Assembly (NCBI RefSeq): GCF_009914755.1
Contig: NC_060942.1
Source: the human T2T-CHM13v2.0 reference genome, Homo sapiens
Length of the DNA stretch: 64,000 bases
Direction: 5' to 3' (one strand)
Shown here one piece after another: positions 11,801 through 24,812 of this stretch (the stretch's first letter is position 1; each line of letters begins with the position of its first letter). A program made the translations under genes and the position numbers. The notes below the pieces were generated by a model, which was given only the letters and a program-made list of their open reading frames with translations, was not told where the DNA came from and did not search any database.

Positions 11801-14800
11801 GAGAGTTGAACATTCCCTATCATAGAGCAGGTTGGAATCACTCCTTTTGTAGTATCTGGAAGTGGACATTTGGAGCGCTTTCAGGCCTATGTTGAAAAAG
11901 GAAATATCTTCCCATAACAACTAGACACAAGCATTCTCAGAAACTTGTTTGTGATGTGTGCCCTCTACTGACAGAGTTGAACCTTTCTTTTCATAGAGCA
12001 GTTTTGAAACACTCTTTTTGTAGAATCTGCAAGAGGATATTTGCATAGCTTTGAGGATTTCGTGGGAAACGGGATTGTCTTCAGGTAAAATCTAGACAGA
12101 AGCATTCTCAGAAACTTCTTTGGGATGTTTGCATTCAAGTCACAGAGTAGAACATTCCCTTTGGTAGAGCAGGTTTGAAACACTCTTTTTGTAGTATCTG
12201 GAAGTGGACATTTGGAGCGCTTTCAGGCCTATGTTGGAAAGGGAAATATCTTCCCGTAACAACTAGGCAGAAGCATTCTCAGAAACTTATTTGAGATGTG
12301 TGTACTCAACTAAGAGAATTGAACCACCGTTTTGAAGGAGCAGTTTTGAAACACTCTTTTTCTGGAATCTGCAAGAGGATATTTGCCTAGCCTTGAGGAT
12401 TTCGTTGGAAACGGGATTGTCTTCAGATCAAATCTAGACAGAAGCATTCTCAGAAACTTCTTTGGGATGTTTGCATTCAAGTCACAGAGTAGAACATTCC
12501 CTTTGGTAGAGCAGGTTTGAAACACTCTTTTTTTAGTATATGGAAGTGGACATTTGGAGCGCTTTCAGGCCTACGTTGGAAAAGGAAATATCTTCCCATA
12601 ACAACTAGACAGAAGCATTCTCAGAAACTAGTTTCTGATGTGTGTCCTCAACTAACACAGTTGAACATTTCTTTAGACAGAACAGTTTTGAAACTCTCTT
12701 TTTGTGGAATCTGCAAGTGGCTATTTGGCTAGATTTGAGGATTTCGTTGGAAACGGGATTACATATAAAAAGCAGACAGCAGCATTCTCAGAAAGTTCTT
12801 TGTGATGATTGCATTCAAGTCACAGAATTGAACATTCCCTTTCACAGAGCAGGTTTGAAACACTCTTTTTATAGTGTGTGTAAGTGGACATTTGGAGCAC
12901 TTTCCGGCCTAAGGTGAAAAAGGAAATATCTTCCCATAAAAACTAGACAGAAGCATTCTCAGAAACTTACTCGTGATGTGTGTCCTCAACTAAAGGAGTA
13001 GAACCTTTCTTTTCATAGAGAAGTTTTGAAACGCTCTTTTTGTGGAATCTGCAAGTGGATATTTGGCTAGTTTTGAGGATTTCGTTGGAAGCGGGAATTC
13101 ATACAAATTGCAGACTGCAGCGTTCTGAGAAACATCTTTGTGATGTTTGTATTCAGGACACAGAGTTGAACATTCCCTATCATAGAGCAGGTTGGAATCA
13201 CTCCTTTTGTAGTATCTGGAAGTGGACATTTGGAGCGCTTTCAGGCCTATGTTGGAAAAGGAAATATCTTCCCATAACAACTAGACAGAAGCATTCTCAG
13301 AAACTTATTTGAGATGTGTGTACTCAACTAAGAGAATTGAACCACCGTTTTGAAGGAGCAGTTTTGAAACACTCTTTTTCTGGAATCTGCAAGTGGATAT
13401 TTGGCTAGCTTTGGGGATTTCGCTGGAAGCGGGAATACATATAAAAAGCACACAGCAGCGTTCTGAGAAACTGCTTTCTGATGTTTGCATTCAAGTCAAA
13501 AGTTGAACACTCCCTTTCATAGTGCAGTCCTGAAACACTCCTTTTGTAGTATCTGGAACTGGACTTTTGGAGCGCTTTCAGGGCTAAGGTGAAAAAGGAA
13601 ATATCTTCCCATAAAAACTGGACAGAAGCATTCTCAGAAACTTGTTTATGCTGTATCTACTCAACTAACAAAGTTGAACCTTTCTTTTGATAGAGCAGTT
13701 TTGAAATGCTCTTTTTGTGGAATCTGCAAGTGGATATTTGGCTAGTTTTGAGGATTTCGTTGGAAGCGGGAATTCATACAAATTGCAGACTGCAGCGTTC
13801 TGAGAAACATCTTTGTGATGTTTGTATTCAGGACACAGAGTTGAACATTCCCTATCATAGAGCAGGTTGGAATCACTCCTTTTGTAGTATCTGGAAGTGG
13901 ACATTTGGAGCGCTTTCTGGCCTATGTTGAAAAAGGAAATATCTTCCCATAACAACTAGACACAAGCATTCTCAGAAACTTGTTTGTGATGTGTGCCCTC
14001 TACTGACAGAGTTGAACATTTCTTTTCATAGAGCAGTTTTGAAACACTCTTTTTGTAGAATCTGCAAGAGGATATTTGCATAGCTTTGAGGATTTCGTGG
14101 GAAACGGGATTGTCTTCAGGTAAAATCTAGACAGAAGCATTCTCAGAAACTTCTTTGGGATGTTTGCATTCAAGTCACAGAGTAGAACATTCCCTTTGGT
14201 AGAGCAGGTTTGAAACACTCTTTTTGTAGTATCTGGAAGTGGACATTTGGAGCGCTTTCAGGCCTATGTTGGAAAGGGAAATATCTTCCGGTAACAACTA
14301 GGCAGAAGCATTCTCAGAAACTTATTTGAGATGTGTGTACTCAACTAAGAGAATTGAACCACCGTTTTGAAGGAGCAGTTTTGAAACACTCTTTTTCTGG
14401 AATCTGCAAGAGGATATTTGCCTAGCTTTGAGGATTTCGTTGGAAACGGGATTGTGTTCAGATCAAATCTAGACAGAAGCATTCTCAGAAACTTCTTTGG
14501 GATGTTTGCATTCAAGTCACAGAGTAGAACATTCCCTTTGGTAGAGCAGGTGTGAAACACTCTTTTTTTAGTATATGGAAGTGGACATTTGGAGCGCTTT
14601 CAGGCCTACGTTGGAAAAGGAAATATCTTCCCATAACAACTAGACAGAAGCATTCTCAGAAACTAGTTTCTGATGTGTGTCCTCAACTAACACAGTTGAA
14701 CATTTCTTTAGACAGAACAGTTTTGAAACTCTCTTTTTGTGGAATCTGCAAGTGGCTATTTGGCTAGATTTGAGGATTTCGTTGGAAACGGGATTACATA

Positions 14801-17800
14801 TAAAAAGCAGACAGCAGCATTCTCAGAAAGTTCTTTGTGATGATTGCATTCAAGTCACAGAATTGAACATTCCCTTTCACAGAGCAGGTTTGAAACACTC
14901 TTTTTGTAGTGTGTGTAAGTGGACATTTGGAGCACTTTCCGGCCTAAGGTGAGAAAGGAAATATCTTCCCATAAAAACTAGACAGAAGCATTCTCAGAAA
15001 CTTACTCGTGATGTGTGTCCTCAACTAAAGGAGTAGAACCTTTCTTTCATAGAGAAGTTTTGAAACGCTCTTTTTGTGGAATCTGCAAGTGGATATTTGG
15101 CTAGTTTGGAGGATTTCGTTGGAAGCGGGAATTCATACAAATTGCAGACTGCAGCGTTCTGAGAAACATCTTTGTGATGTTTGTATTCAGGACACAGAGT
15201 TGAACATTCCCTATCATAGAGCAGGTTGGAATCACTCCTTTTGTAGTATCTGGAAGTGGACATTTGGAGCGCTTTCAGGCCTATGTTGGAAAAGGAAATA
15301 TCTTCCCATAACAACTAGACAGAAGCATTCTCAGAAACTTATTTGAGATGTGTGTACTCAACTAAGAGAATTGAACCACCGTTTTGAAGGAGCAGTTTTG
15401 AAACACTCTTTTTCTGGAATCTGCAAGTGGATATTTGGCTAGCTTTGGGGATTTCGCTGGAGGCGGGAATACATATAAAAAGCACACAGCAGCGTTCTGA
15501 GAAACTGCTTTCTGATGTTTGCATTCAAGTCAAAAGTTGAACACTCCCTTTCATAGAGCAGTCCTGAAACACTCCTTTTGTAGTATCTGGAACTGGACTT
15601 TTGGAGCGCTTTCAGGGCTAAGGTGAAAATGGAAATATCTTCCCATAAAAACTGGACAGAAGCATTCTCAGAAACTTGTTTATGCTGTATCTACTCAACT
15701 AACAAAGTTGAACCTTTCTTTTGATAGAGCAGTTTTGAAATGCTCTTTTTGTGGAATCTGCAAGTGGATATTTGGCTAGTTTTGAGGATTTCGCTGGAAG
15801 CGGGAATTCATACAAATTGCAGACTGCAGCGTTCTGAGAAACATCTTTGTGATGTTTGTATTCAGGACAGAGAGTTGAACATTCCCTATCATAGAGCAGG
15901 TTGGAATCACTCCTTTTGTAGTATCTGGAAGTGGACATTTGGAGCGCTTTCAGGCCTATGTTGAAAAAGGAAATATCTTCCCATAACAACTAGACACAAG
16001 CATTCTCAGAAACTTGTTTGTGATGTGTGCTCTCTACTGACAGAGTTGAACCTTTCTTTTCATAGAGCAGTTTTGAAACACTCTTTTTGTAGAATCTGCA
16101 AGAGGATATTTGCATAGCTTTGAGGATTTCGTGGGAAACGGGATTGTCTTCAGGTAAAATCTAGACAGAAGCATTCTCAGAAACTTCTTTGGGATGTTTG
16201 CATTCAAGTCACAGAGTAGAACATTCCCTTTGGTAGAGCAGGTTTGAAACACTCTTTTTGTAGTATCTGGAAGTGGACATTTGGAGCGCTTTCAGGCCTA
16301 TGTTGGAAAGGGAAATATCTTCCCGTAACAACTAGGCAGAAGCATTCTCAGAAACTTATTTGAGATGTGTGTACTCAACTAAGAGAATTGAACCACCGTT
16401 TTGAAGGAGCAGTTTTGAAACACTCTTTTTCTGGAATCTGCAAGAGGATATTTGCCTAGCTTTGAGGATTTCGTTGGAAACGGGATTGTCTTCAGATCAA
16501 ATCTAGACAGAAGCATTCTCAGAAACTTCTTTGGGATGTTTGCATTCAAGTCACAGAGTAGAACATTCCCTTTGGTAGAGCAGGTTTGAAACACTCTTTT
16601 TTTAGTATATGGAAGTGGACATTTGGAGCGCTTTCAGGCCTACGTTGGAAAAGGAAATATCTTCCCATAACAACTAGACAGAAGCATTCTCAGAAACTAG
16701 TTTCTGATGTGTGTCCTCAACTAACACAGTTGAACATTTCTTTAGACAGAACAGTTTTGAAACACTCTTTTTGTGGAATCTGCAAGTGGCTATTTGGCTA
16801 GATTTGAGGATTTCGTTGGAAACGGGATTACATATAAAAAGCAGACAGCAGCATTCTCAGAAAGTTCTTTGTGATGATTGCATTCAAGTCACAGAATTGA
16901 ACATTCCCTTTCACAGAGCAGGTTTGAAACACTCTTTTTGTAGTGTGTGTAAGTGGACATTTGGAGCACTTTCCGGCCTAAGGTGAAAAAGGAAATATCT
17001 TCCCATAAAAACTAGACAGAAGCACTCTCAGAAACTTACTCGTGATGTGTGTCCTCAACTAAAGGAGTAGAACCTTTCTTTTCATAGAGAAGTTTTGAAA
17101 CGCTCTTTTTGTGGAATCTGCAAGTGGATATTTGGCTAGTTTGGAGGATTTCGTTGGAAGCGGGAATTCATACAAATTGCAGACTGCAGCGTTCTGAGAA
17201 ACATCTTTGTGATGTTTGTATTCAGGACACAGAGTTGAACATTCCCTATCATAGAGCAGGTTGGAATCACTCCTTTTGTAGTATCTGGAAGTGGACATTT
17301 GGAGCGCTTTCAGGCCTATGTTGGAAAAGGAAATATCTTCCCATAACAACTAGACAGAAGCATTCTCAGAAACTTATTTGAGATGTGTGTACTCAACTAA
17401 GAGAATTGAACCACCGTTTTGAAGGAGCAGTTTTGAAACACTCTTTTTCTGGAATCTGCAAGTGGATATTTGGCTAGCTTTGGGGATTTCGCTGGAAGCG
17501 GGAATACATATAAAAAGCACACAGCAGCGTTCTGAGAAACTGCTTTCTGATGTTTGCATTCAAGTCAAAAGTTGAACACTCCCTTTCATAGTGCAGTCCT
17601 GAAACACTCCTTTTGTAGTATCTGGAACTGGACTTTTGGAGCGCTTTCAGGGCTAAGGTGAAAAAGGAAATATCTTCCCATAAAAACTGGACAGAAGCAT
17701 TCTCAGAAACTTGTTTATGCTGTATCTACTCAACTAACAAAGTTGAACCTTTCTTTTGATAGAGCAGTTTTGAAATGCTCTTTTTGTGGAATCTGCAAGT

Positions 17801-20800
17801 GGATATTTGGCTAGTTTTGAGGATTTCGTTGGAAGCGGGAATTCATACAAATTGCAGACTGCAGCGTTCTGAGAAACATCTTTGTGATGTTTGTATTCAG
17901 GACAGAGAGTTGAACATTCCCTATCATAGAGCAGGTTGGAATCACTCCTTTTGTAGTATCTGGAAGTGGACATTTGGAGCGCTTTCAGGCCTATGTTGAA
18001 AAAGGAAATATCTTCCCATAACAACTAGACACAAGCATTCTCAGAAACTTGTTTGTGATGTGTGCCCTCTACTGACAGAGTTGAACCTTTCTTTTCATAG
18101 AGCAGTTTTGAAACACTCTTTTTGTAGAATCTGCAAGAGGATATTTGCATAGCTTTGAGGATTTCGTGGGAAACGGGATTGTCTTCAGGTAAAATCTAGA
18201 CAGAAGCATTCTCAGAAACTTCTTTGGGATGTTTGCATTCAAGTCACAGAGTAGAACATTCCCTTTGGTAGAGCAGGTTTGAAACACTCTTTTTGTAGTA
18301 TCTGGAAGTGGACATTTGGAGCGCTTTCAGGCCTATGTTGGAAAGGGAAATATCTTCCCGTAACAACTAGGCAGAAGCATTCTCAGAAACTTATTTGAGA
18401 TGTGTGTACTCAACTAAGAGAATTGAACCACCGTTTTGAAGGAGCAGTTTTGAAACACTCTTTTTCTGGAATCTGCAAGAGGATATTTGCCTAGCCTTGA
18501 GGATTTCGTTGGAAACGGGATTGTCTTCAGATCAAATCTAGACAGAAGCATTCTCAGAAACTTCTTTGGGATGTTTGCATTCAAGTCACAGAGTAGAACA
18601 TTCCCTTTGGTAGAGCAGGTTTGAAACACTCTTTTTTTAGTATATGGAAGTGGACATTTGGAGCGCTTTCAGGCCTACGTTGGAAAAGGAAATATCTTCC
18701 CATAACAACTAGACAGAAGCATTCTCAGAAACTAGTTTCTGATGTGTGTCCTCAACTAACACAGTTGAACATTTCTTTAGACAGAACAGTTTTGAAACTC
18801 TCTTTTTGTGGAATCTGCAAGTGGCTATTTGGCTAGATTTGAGGATTTCGTTGGAAACGGGATTACATATAAAAAGCAGACAGCAGCATTCTCAGAAAGT
18901 TCTTTGTGATGATTGCATTCAAGTCACAGAATTGAACATTCCCTTTCACAGAGCAGGTTTGAAACACTCTTTTTATAGTGTGTGTAAGTGGACATTTGGA
19001 GCACTTTCCGGCCTAAGGTGAAAAAGGAAATATCTTCCCATAAAAACTAGACAGAAGCATTCTCAGAAACTTACTCGTGATGTGTGTCCTCAACTAAAGG
19101 AGTAGAACCTTTCTTTTCATAGAGAAGTTTTGAAACGCTCTTTTTGTGGAATCTGCAAGTGGATATTTGGCTAGTTTTGAGGATTTCGTTGGAAGCGGGA
19201 ATTCATACAAATTGCAGACTGCAGCGTTCTGAGAAACATCTTTGTGATGTTTGTATTCAGGACACAGAGTTGAACATTCCCTATCATAGAGCAGGTTTGA
19301 ATCACTCCTTTTGTAGTATCTGGAAGTGGACATTTGGAGCGCTTTCAGGCCTATGTTGGAAAAGGAAATATCTTCCCATAACAACTAGACAGAAGCATTC
19401 TCAGAAACTTATTTGAGATGTGTGTACTCAACTAAGAGAATTGAACCACCGTTTTGAAGGAGCAGTTTTGAAACACTCTTTTTCTGGAATCTGCAAGTGG
19501 ATATTTGGCTAGCTTTGGGGATTTCGCTGGAAGCGGGAATACATATAAAAAGCACACAGCAGCGTTCTGAGAAACTGCTTTCTGATGTTTGCATTCAAGT
19601 CAAAAGTTGAACACTCCCTTTCATAGTGCAGTCTGAAACACTCCTTTTGTAGTATCTGGAACTGGACTTTTGGAGCGCTTTCAGGGCTAAGGTGAAAAAG
19701 GAAATATCTTCCCATAAAAACTGGACAGAAGCATTCTCAGAAACTTGTTTATGCTGTATCTACTCAACTAACAAAGTTGAACCTTTCTTTTGATAGAGCA
19801 GTTTTGAAATGCTCTTTTTGTGGAATCTGCAAGTGGATATTTGGCTAGTTTTGAGGATTTCGTTGGAAGCGGGAATTCATACAAATTGCAGACTGCAGCG
19901 TTCTGAGAAACATCTTTGTGATGTTTGTATTCAGGACAGAGAGTTGAACATTCCCTATCATAGAGCAGGTTGGAATCACTCCTTTTGTAGTATCTGGAAG
20001 TGGACATTTGGAGCGCTTTCAGGCCTATGTTGAAAAAGGAAATATCTTCCCATAACAACTAGACACAAGCATTCTCAGAAACTTGTTTGTGATGTGTGCC
20101 CTCTACTGACAGAGTTGAACCTTTCTTTTCATAGAGCAGTTTTGAAACACTCTTTTTGTAGAATCTGCAAGAGGATATTTGCATAGCTTTGAGGATTTCG
20201 TGGGAAACGGGATTGTCTTCAGGTAAAATCTAGACAGAAGCATTCTCAGAAACTTCTTTGGGATGTTTGCATTCAAGTCACAGAGTAGAACATTCCCTTT
20301 GGTAGAGCAGGTTTGAAACACTCTTTTTGTAGTATCTGGAAGTGGACATTTGGAGCGCTTTCAGGCCTATGTTGGAAAGGGAAATATCTTCCCGTAACAA
20401 CTAGGCAGAAGCATTCTCAGAAACTTATTTGAGATGTGTGTACTCAACTAAGAGAATTGAACCACCGTTTTGAAGGAGCAGTTTTGAAACACTCTTTTTC
20501 TGGAATCTGCAAGAGGATATTTGCCTAGCCTTGAGGATTTCGTTGGAAACGGGATTGTCTTCAGATCAAATCTAGACAGAAGCATTCTCAGAAACTTCTT
20601 TGGGATGTTTGCATTCAAGTCACAGAGTAGAACATTCCCTTTGGTAGAGCAGGTTTGAAACACTCTTTTTTTAGTATATGGAAGTGGACATTTGGAGCGC
20701 TTTCAGGCCTACGTTGGAAAAGGAAATATCTTCCCATAACAACTAGACAGAAGCATTCTCAGAAACTAGTTTCTGATGTGTGTCCTCAACTAACACAGTT

Positions 20801-22104
20801 GAACATTTCTTTAGACAGAACAGTTTTGAAACTCTCTTTTTGTGGAATCTGCAAGTGGCTATTTGGCTAGATTTGAGGATTTCGTTGGAAACGGGATTAC
20901 ATATAAAAAGCAGACAGCAGCATTCTCAGAAAGTTCTTTGTGATGATTGCATTCAAGTCACAGAATTGAACATTCCCTTTCACAGAGCAGGTTTGAAACA
21001 CTCTTTTTATAGTGTGTGTAAGTGGACATTTGGAGCACTTTCCGGCCTAAGGTGAAAAAGGAAATATCTTCCCATAAAAACTAGACAGAAGCATTCTCAG
21101 AAACTTACTCGTGATGTGTGTCCTCAACTAAAGGAGTAGAACCTTTCTTTTCATAGAGAAGTTTTGAAACGCTCTTTTTGTGGAATCTGCAAGTGGATAT
21201 TTGGCTAGTTTGGAGGATTTCGTTGGAAGCGGGAATTCATACAAATTGCAGACTGCAGCGTTCTGAGAAACATCTTTGTGATGTTTGTATTCAGGACACA
21301 GAGTTGAACATTCCCTATCATAGAGCAGGTTGGAATCACTCCTTTTGTAGTATCTGGAAGTGGACATTTGGAGCGCTTTCAGGCCTATGTTGGAAAAGGA
21401 AATATCTTCCCATAACAACTAGACAGAAGCATTCTCAGAAACTTATTTGAGATGTGTGTACTCAACTAAGAGAATTGAACCACCGTTTTGAAGGAGCAGT
21501 TTTGAAACACTCTTTTTCTGGAATCTGCAAGTGGATATTTGGCTAGCTTTGGGGATTTCGCTGGAGGCGGGAATACATATAAAAAGCACACAGCAGCGTT
21601 CTGAGAAACTGCTTTCTGATGTTTGCATTCAAGTCAAAAGTTGAACACTCCCTTTCATAGAGCAGTCCTGAAACACTCCTTTTGTAGTATCTGGAACTGG
21701 ACTTTTGGAGCGCTTTCAGGGCTAAGGTGAAAAAGGAAATATCTTCCCATAAAAACTGGACAGAAGCATTCTCAGAAACTTGTTTATGCTGTATCTACTC
21801 AACTAACAAAGTTGAACCTTTCTTTTGATAGAGCAGTTTTGAAATGCTCTTTTTGTGGAATCTGCAAGTGGATATTTGGCTAGTTTTGAGGATTTCGTTG
21901 GAAGCGGGAATTCATACAAATTGCAGACTGCAGCGTTCTGAGAAACATCTTTGTGATGTTTGTATTCAGGACAGAGAGTTGAACATTCCCTATCATAGAG
22001 CAGGTTGGAATCACTCCTTTTGTAGTATCTGGAAGTGGACATTTGGAGCGCTTTCTGGCCTATGTTGAAAAAGGAAATATCTTCCCATAACAGCTAGACA
22101 CAAG
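5828..22104. repeat. Eight consecutive 12-mer HORs (H4-H11), starting 5828, 7863, 9897, 11932, 13967, 16001, 18036, 20070
   Basis: Periods are 2035 or 2034 bp. The 2034-bp units carry 1-bp deletions in m7 (~8941, ~15045) or m10 (~19633). Confidence 0.95.
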
Positions 22105-24812
22105 CATTCTCAGAAACTTGTTTGTGATGTGTGCCCTCTACTGACAGAGTTGAACCTTTCTTTTCATAGAGCAGTTTTGAAACACTCTTTTTGTAGAATC
22201 TGCAAGAGGATATTTGCATAGCTTTGAGGATTTCGTGGGAAACGGGATTGTCTTCAGGTAAAATCTAGACAGAAGCATTCTCAGAAACTTCTTTGGGATG
22301 TTTGCATTCAAGTCACAGAGTAGAACATTCCCTTTGGTAGAGCAGGTTTGAAACACTCTTTTTGTAGTATCTGGAAGTGGACATTTGGAGCGCTTTCAGG
22401 CCTATGTTGGAAAGGGAAATATCTTCCGGTAACAACTAGGCAGAAGCATTCTCAGAAACTTATTTGAGATGTGTGTACTCAACTAAGAGAATTGAACCAC
22501 CGTTTTGAAGGAGCAGTTTTGAAACACTCTTTTTCTGGAATCTGCAAGAGGATATTTGCCTAGCTTTGAGGATTTCGTTGGAAACGGGATTGTGTTCAGA
22601 TCAAATCTAGACAGAAGCATTCTCAGAAACTTCTTTGGGATGTTTGCATTCAAGTCACAGAGTAGAACATTCCCTTTGGTAGAGCAGGTTTGAAACACTC
22701 TTTTTTTAGTATATGGAAGTGGACATTTGGAGCGCTTTCAGGCCTACGTTGGAAAAGGAAATATCTTCCCATAACAACTAGACAGAAGCATTCTCAGAAA
22801 CTAGTTTCTGATGTGTGTCCTCAACTAACACAGTTGAACATTTCTTTAGACAGAACAGTTTTGAAACTCTCTTTTTGTGGAATCTGCAAGTGGCTATTTG
22901 GCTAGATTTGAGGATTTCGTTGGAAACGGGATTACATATAAAAAGCAGACAGCAGCATTCTCAGAAAGTTCTTTGTGATGATTGCATTCAAGTCACAGAA
23001 TTGAACATTCCCTTTCACAGAGCAGGTTTGAAACACTCTTTTTATAGTGTGTGTAAGTGGACATTTGGAGCACTTTCCGGCCTAAGGTGAAAAAGGAAAT
23101 ATCTTCCCATAAAAACTAGACAGAAGCATTCTCAGAAACTTACTCGTGATGTGTGTCCTCAACTAAAGGAGTAGAACCTTTCTTTTCATAGAGAAGTTTT
23201 GAAACGCTCTTTTTGTGGAATCTGCAAGTGGATATTTGGCTAGTTTGGAGGATTTCGTTGGAAGCGGGAATTCATACAAATTGCAGACTGCAGCGTTCTG
23301 AGAAACATCTTTGTGATGTTTGTATTCAGGACACAGAGTTGAACATTCCCTATCATAGAGCAGGTTTGAATCACTCCTTTTGTAGTATCTGGAAGTGGAC
23401 ATTTGGAGCGCTTTCAGGCCTATGTTGGAAAAGGAAATATCTTCCCATAACAACTAGACAGAAGCATTCTCAGAAACTTATTTGAGATGTGTGTACTCAA
23501 CTAAGAGAATTGAACCACCGTTTTGAAGGAGCAGTTTTGAAACACTCTTTTTCTGGAATCTGCAAGTGGATATTTGGCTAGCTTTGGGGATTTCGCTGGA
23601 AGCGGGAATACATATAAAAAGCACACAGCAGCGTTCTGAGAAACTGCTTTCTGATGTTTGCATTCAAGTCAAAAGTTGAACACTCCCTTTCATAGTGCAG
23701 TCTGAAACACTCCTTTTGTAGTATCTGGAACTGGACTTTTGGAGCGCTTTCAGGGCTAAGGTGAAAAAGGAAATATCTTCCCATAAAAACTGGACAGAAG
23801 CATTCTCAGAAACTTGTTTATGCTGTATCTACTCAACTAACAAAGTTGAACCTTTCTTTTGATAGAGCAGTTTTGAAATGCTCTTTTTGTGGAATCTGCA
23901 AGTGGATATTTGGCTAGTTTTGAGGATTTCGTTGGAAGCGGGAATTCATACAAATTGCAGACTGCAGCGTTCTGAGAAACATCTTTGTGATGTTTGTATT
24001 CAGGACACAGAGTTGAACATTCCCTATCATAGAGCAGGTTTGAATCACTCCTTTTGTAGTATCTGGAAGTGGACATTTGGAGCGCTTTCAGGCCTATGTT
24101 GGAAAAGGAAATATCTTCCCATAACAACTAGACAGAAGCATTCTCAGAAACTTATTTGAGATGTGTGTACTCAACTAAGAGAATTGAACCACCGTTTTGA
24201 AGGAGCAGTTTTGAAACACTCTTTTTCTGGAATCTGCAAGTGGATATTTGGCTAGCTTTGGGGATTTCGCTGGAAGCGGGAATACATATAAAAAGCACAC
24301 AGCAGCGTTCTGAGAAACTGCTTTCTGATGTTTGCATTCAAGTCAAAAGTTGAACACTCCCTTTCATAGTGCAGTCTGAAACACTCCTTTTGCAGTATCT
24401 GGAACTGGACTTTTGGAGCGCTTTCAGGGCTAAGGTGAAAAAGGAAATATCTTCCCATAAAAACTGGACAGAAGCATTCTCAGAAACTTGTTTATGCTGT
24501 ATCTACTCAACTAACAAAGTTGAACCTTTCTTTTGATAGAGCAGTTTTGAAATGCTCTTTTTGTGGAATCTGCAAGTGGATATTTGGCTAGTTTTGAGGA
24601 TTTCGTTGGAAGCGGGAATTCATACAAATTGCAGACTGCAGCGTTCTGAGAAACATCTTTGTGATGTTTGTATTCAGGACAGAGAGTTGAACATTCCCTA
24701 TCATAGAGCAGGTTGGAATCACTCCTTTTGTAGTATCTGGAAGTGGACATTTGGAGCGCTTTCAGGCCTATGTTGAAAAAGGAAATATCTTCCCATAACA
24801 ACTAGACACAAG
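22105..24812. repeat. 16-mer HOR variant H12 (m1-12 + m9-12, 2708 bp)
   Basis: The m9-m12 block appears twice, 674 bp apart (ORFs 23478/24152, 23578/24252, 23837/24511). Confidence 0.95.
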
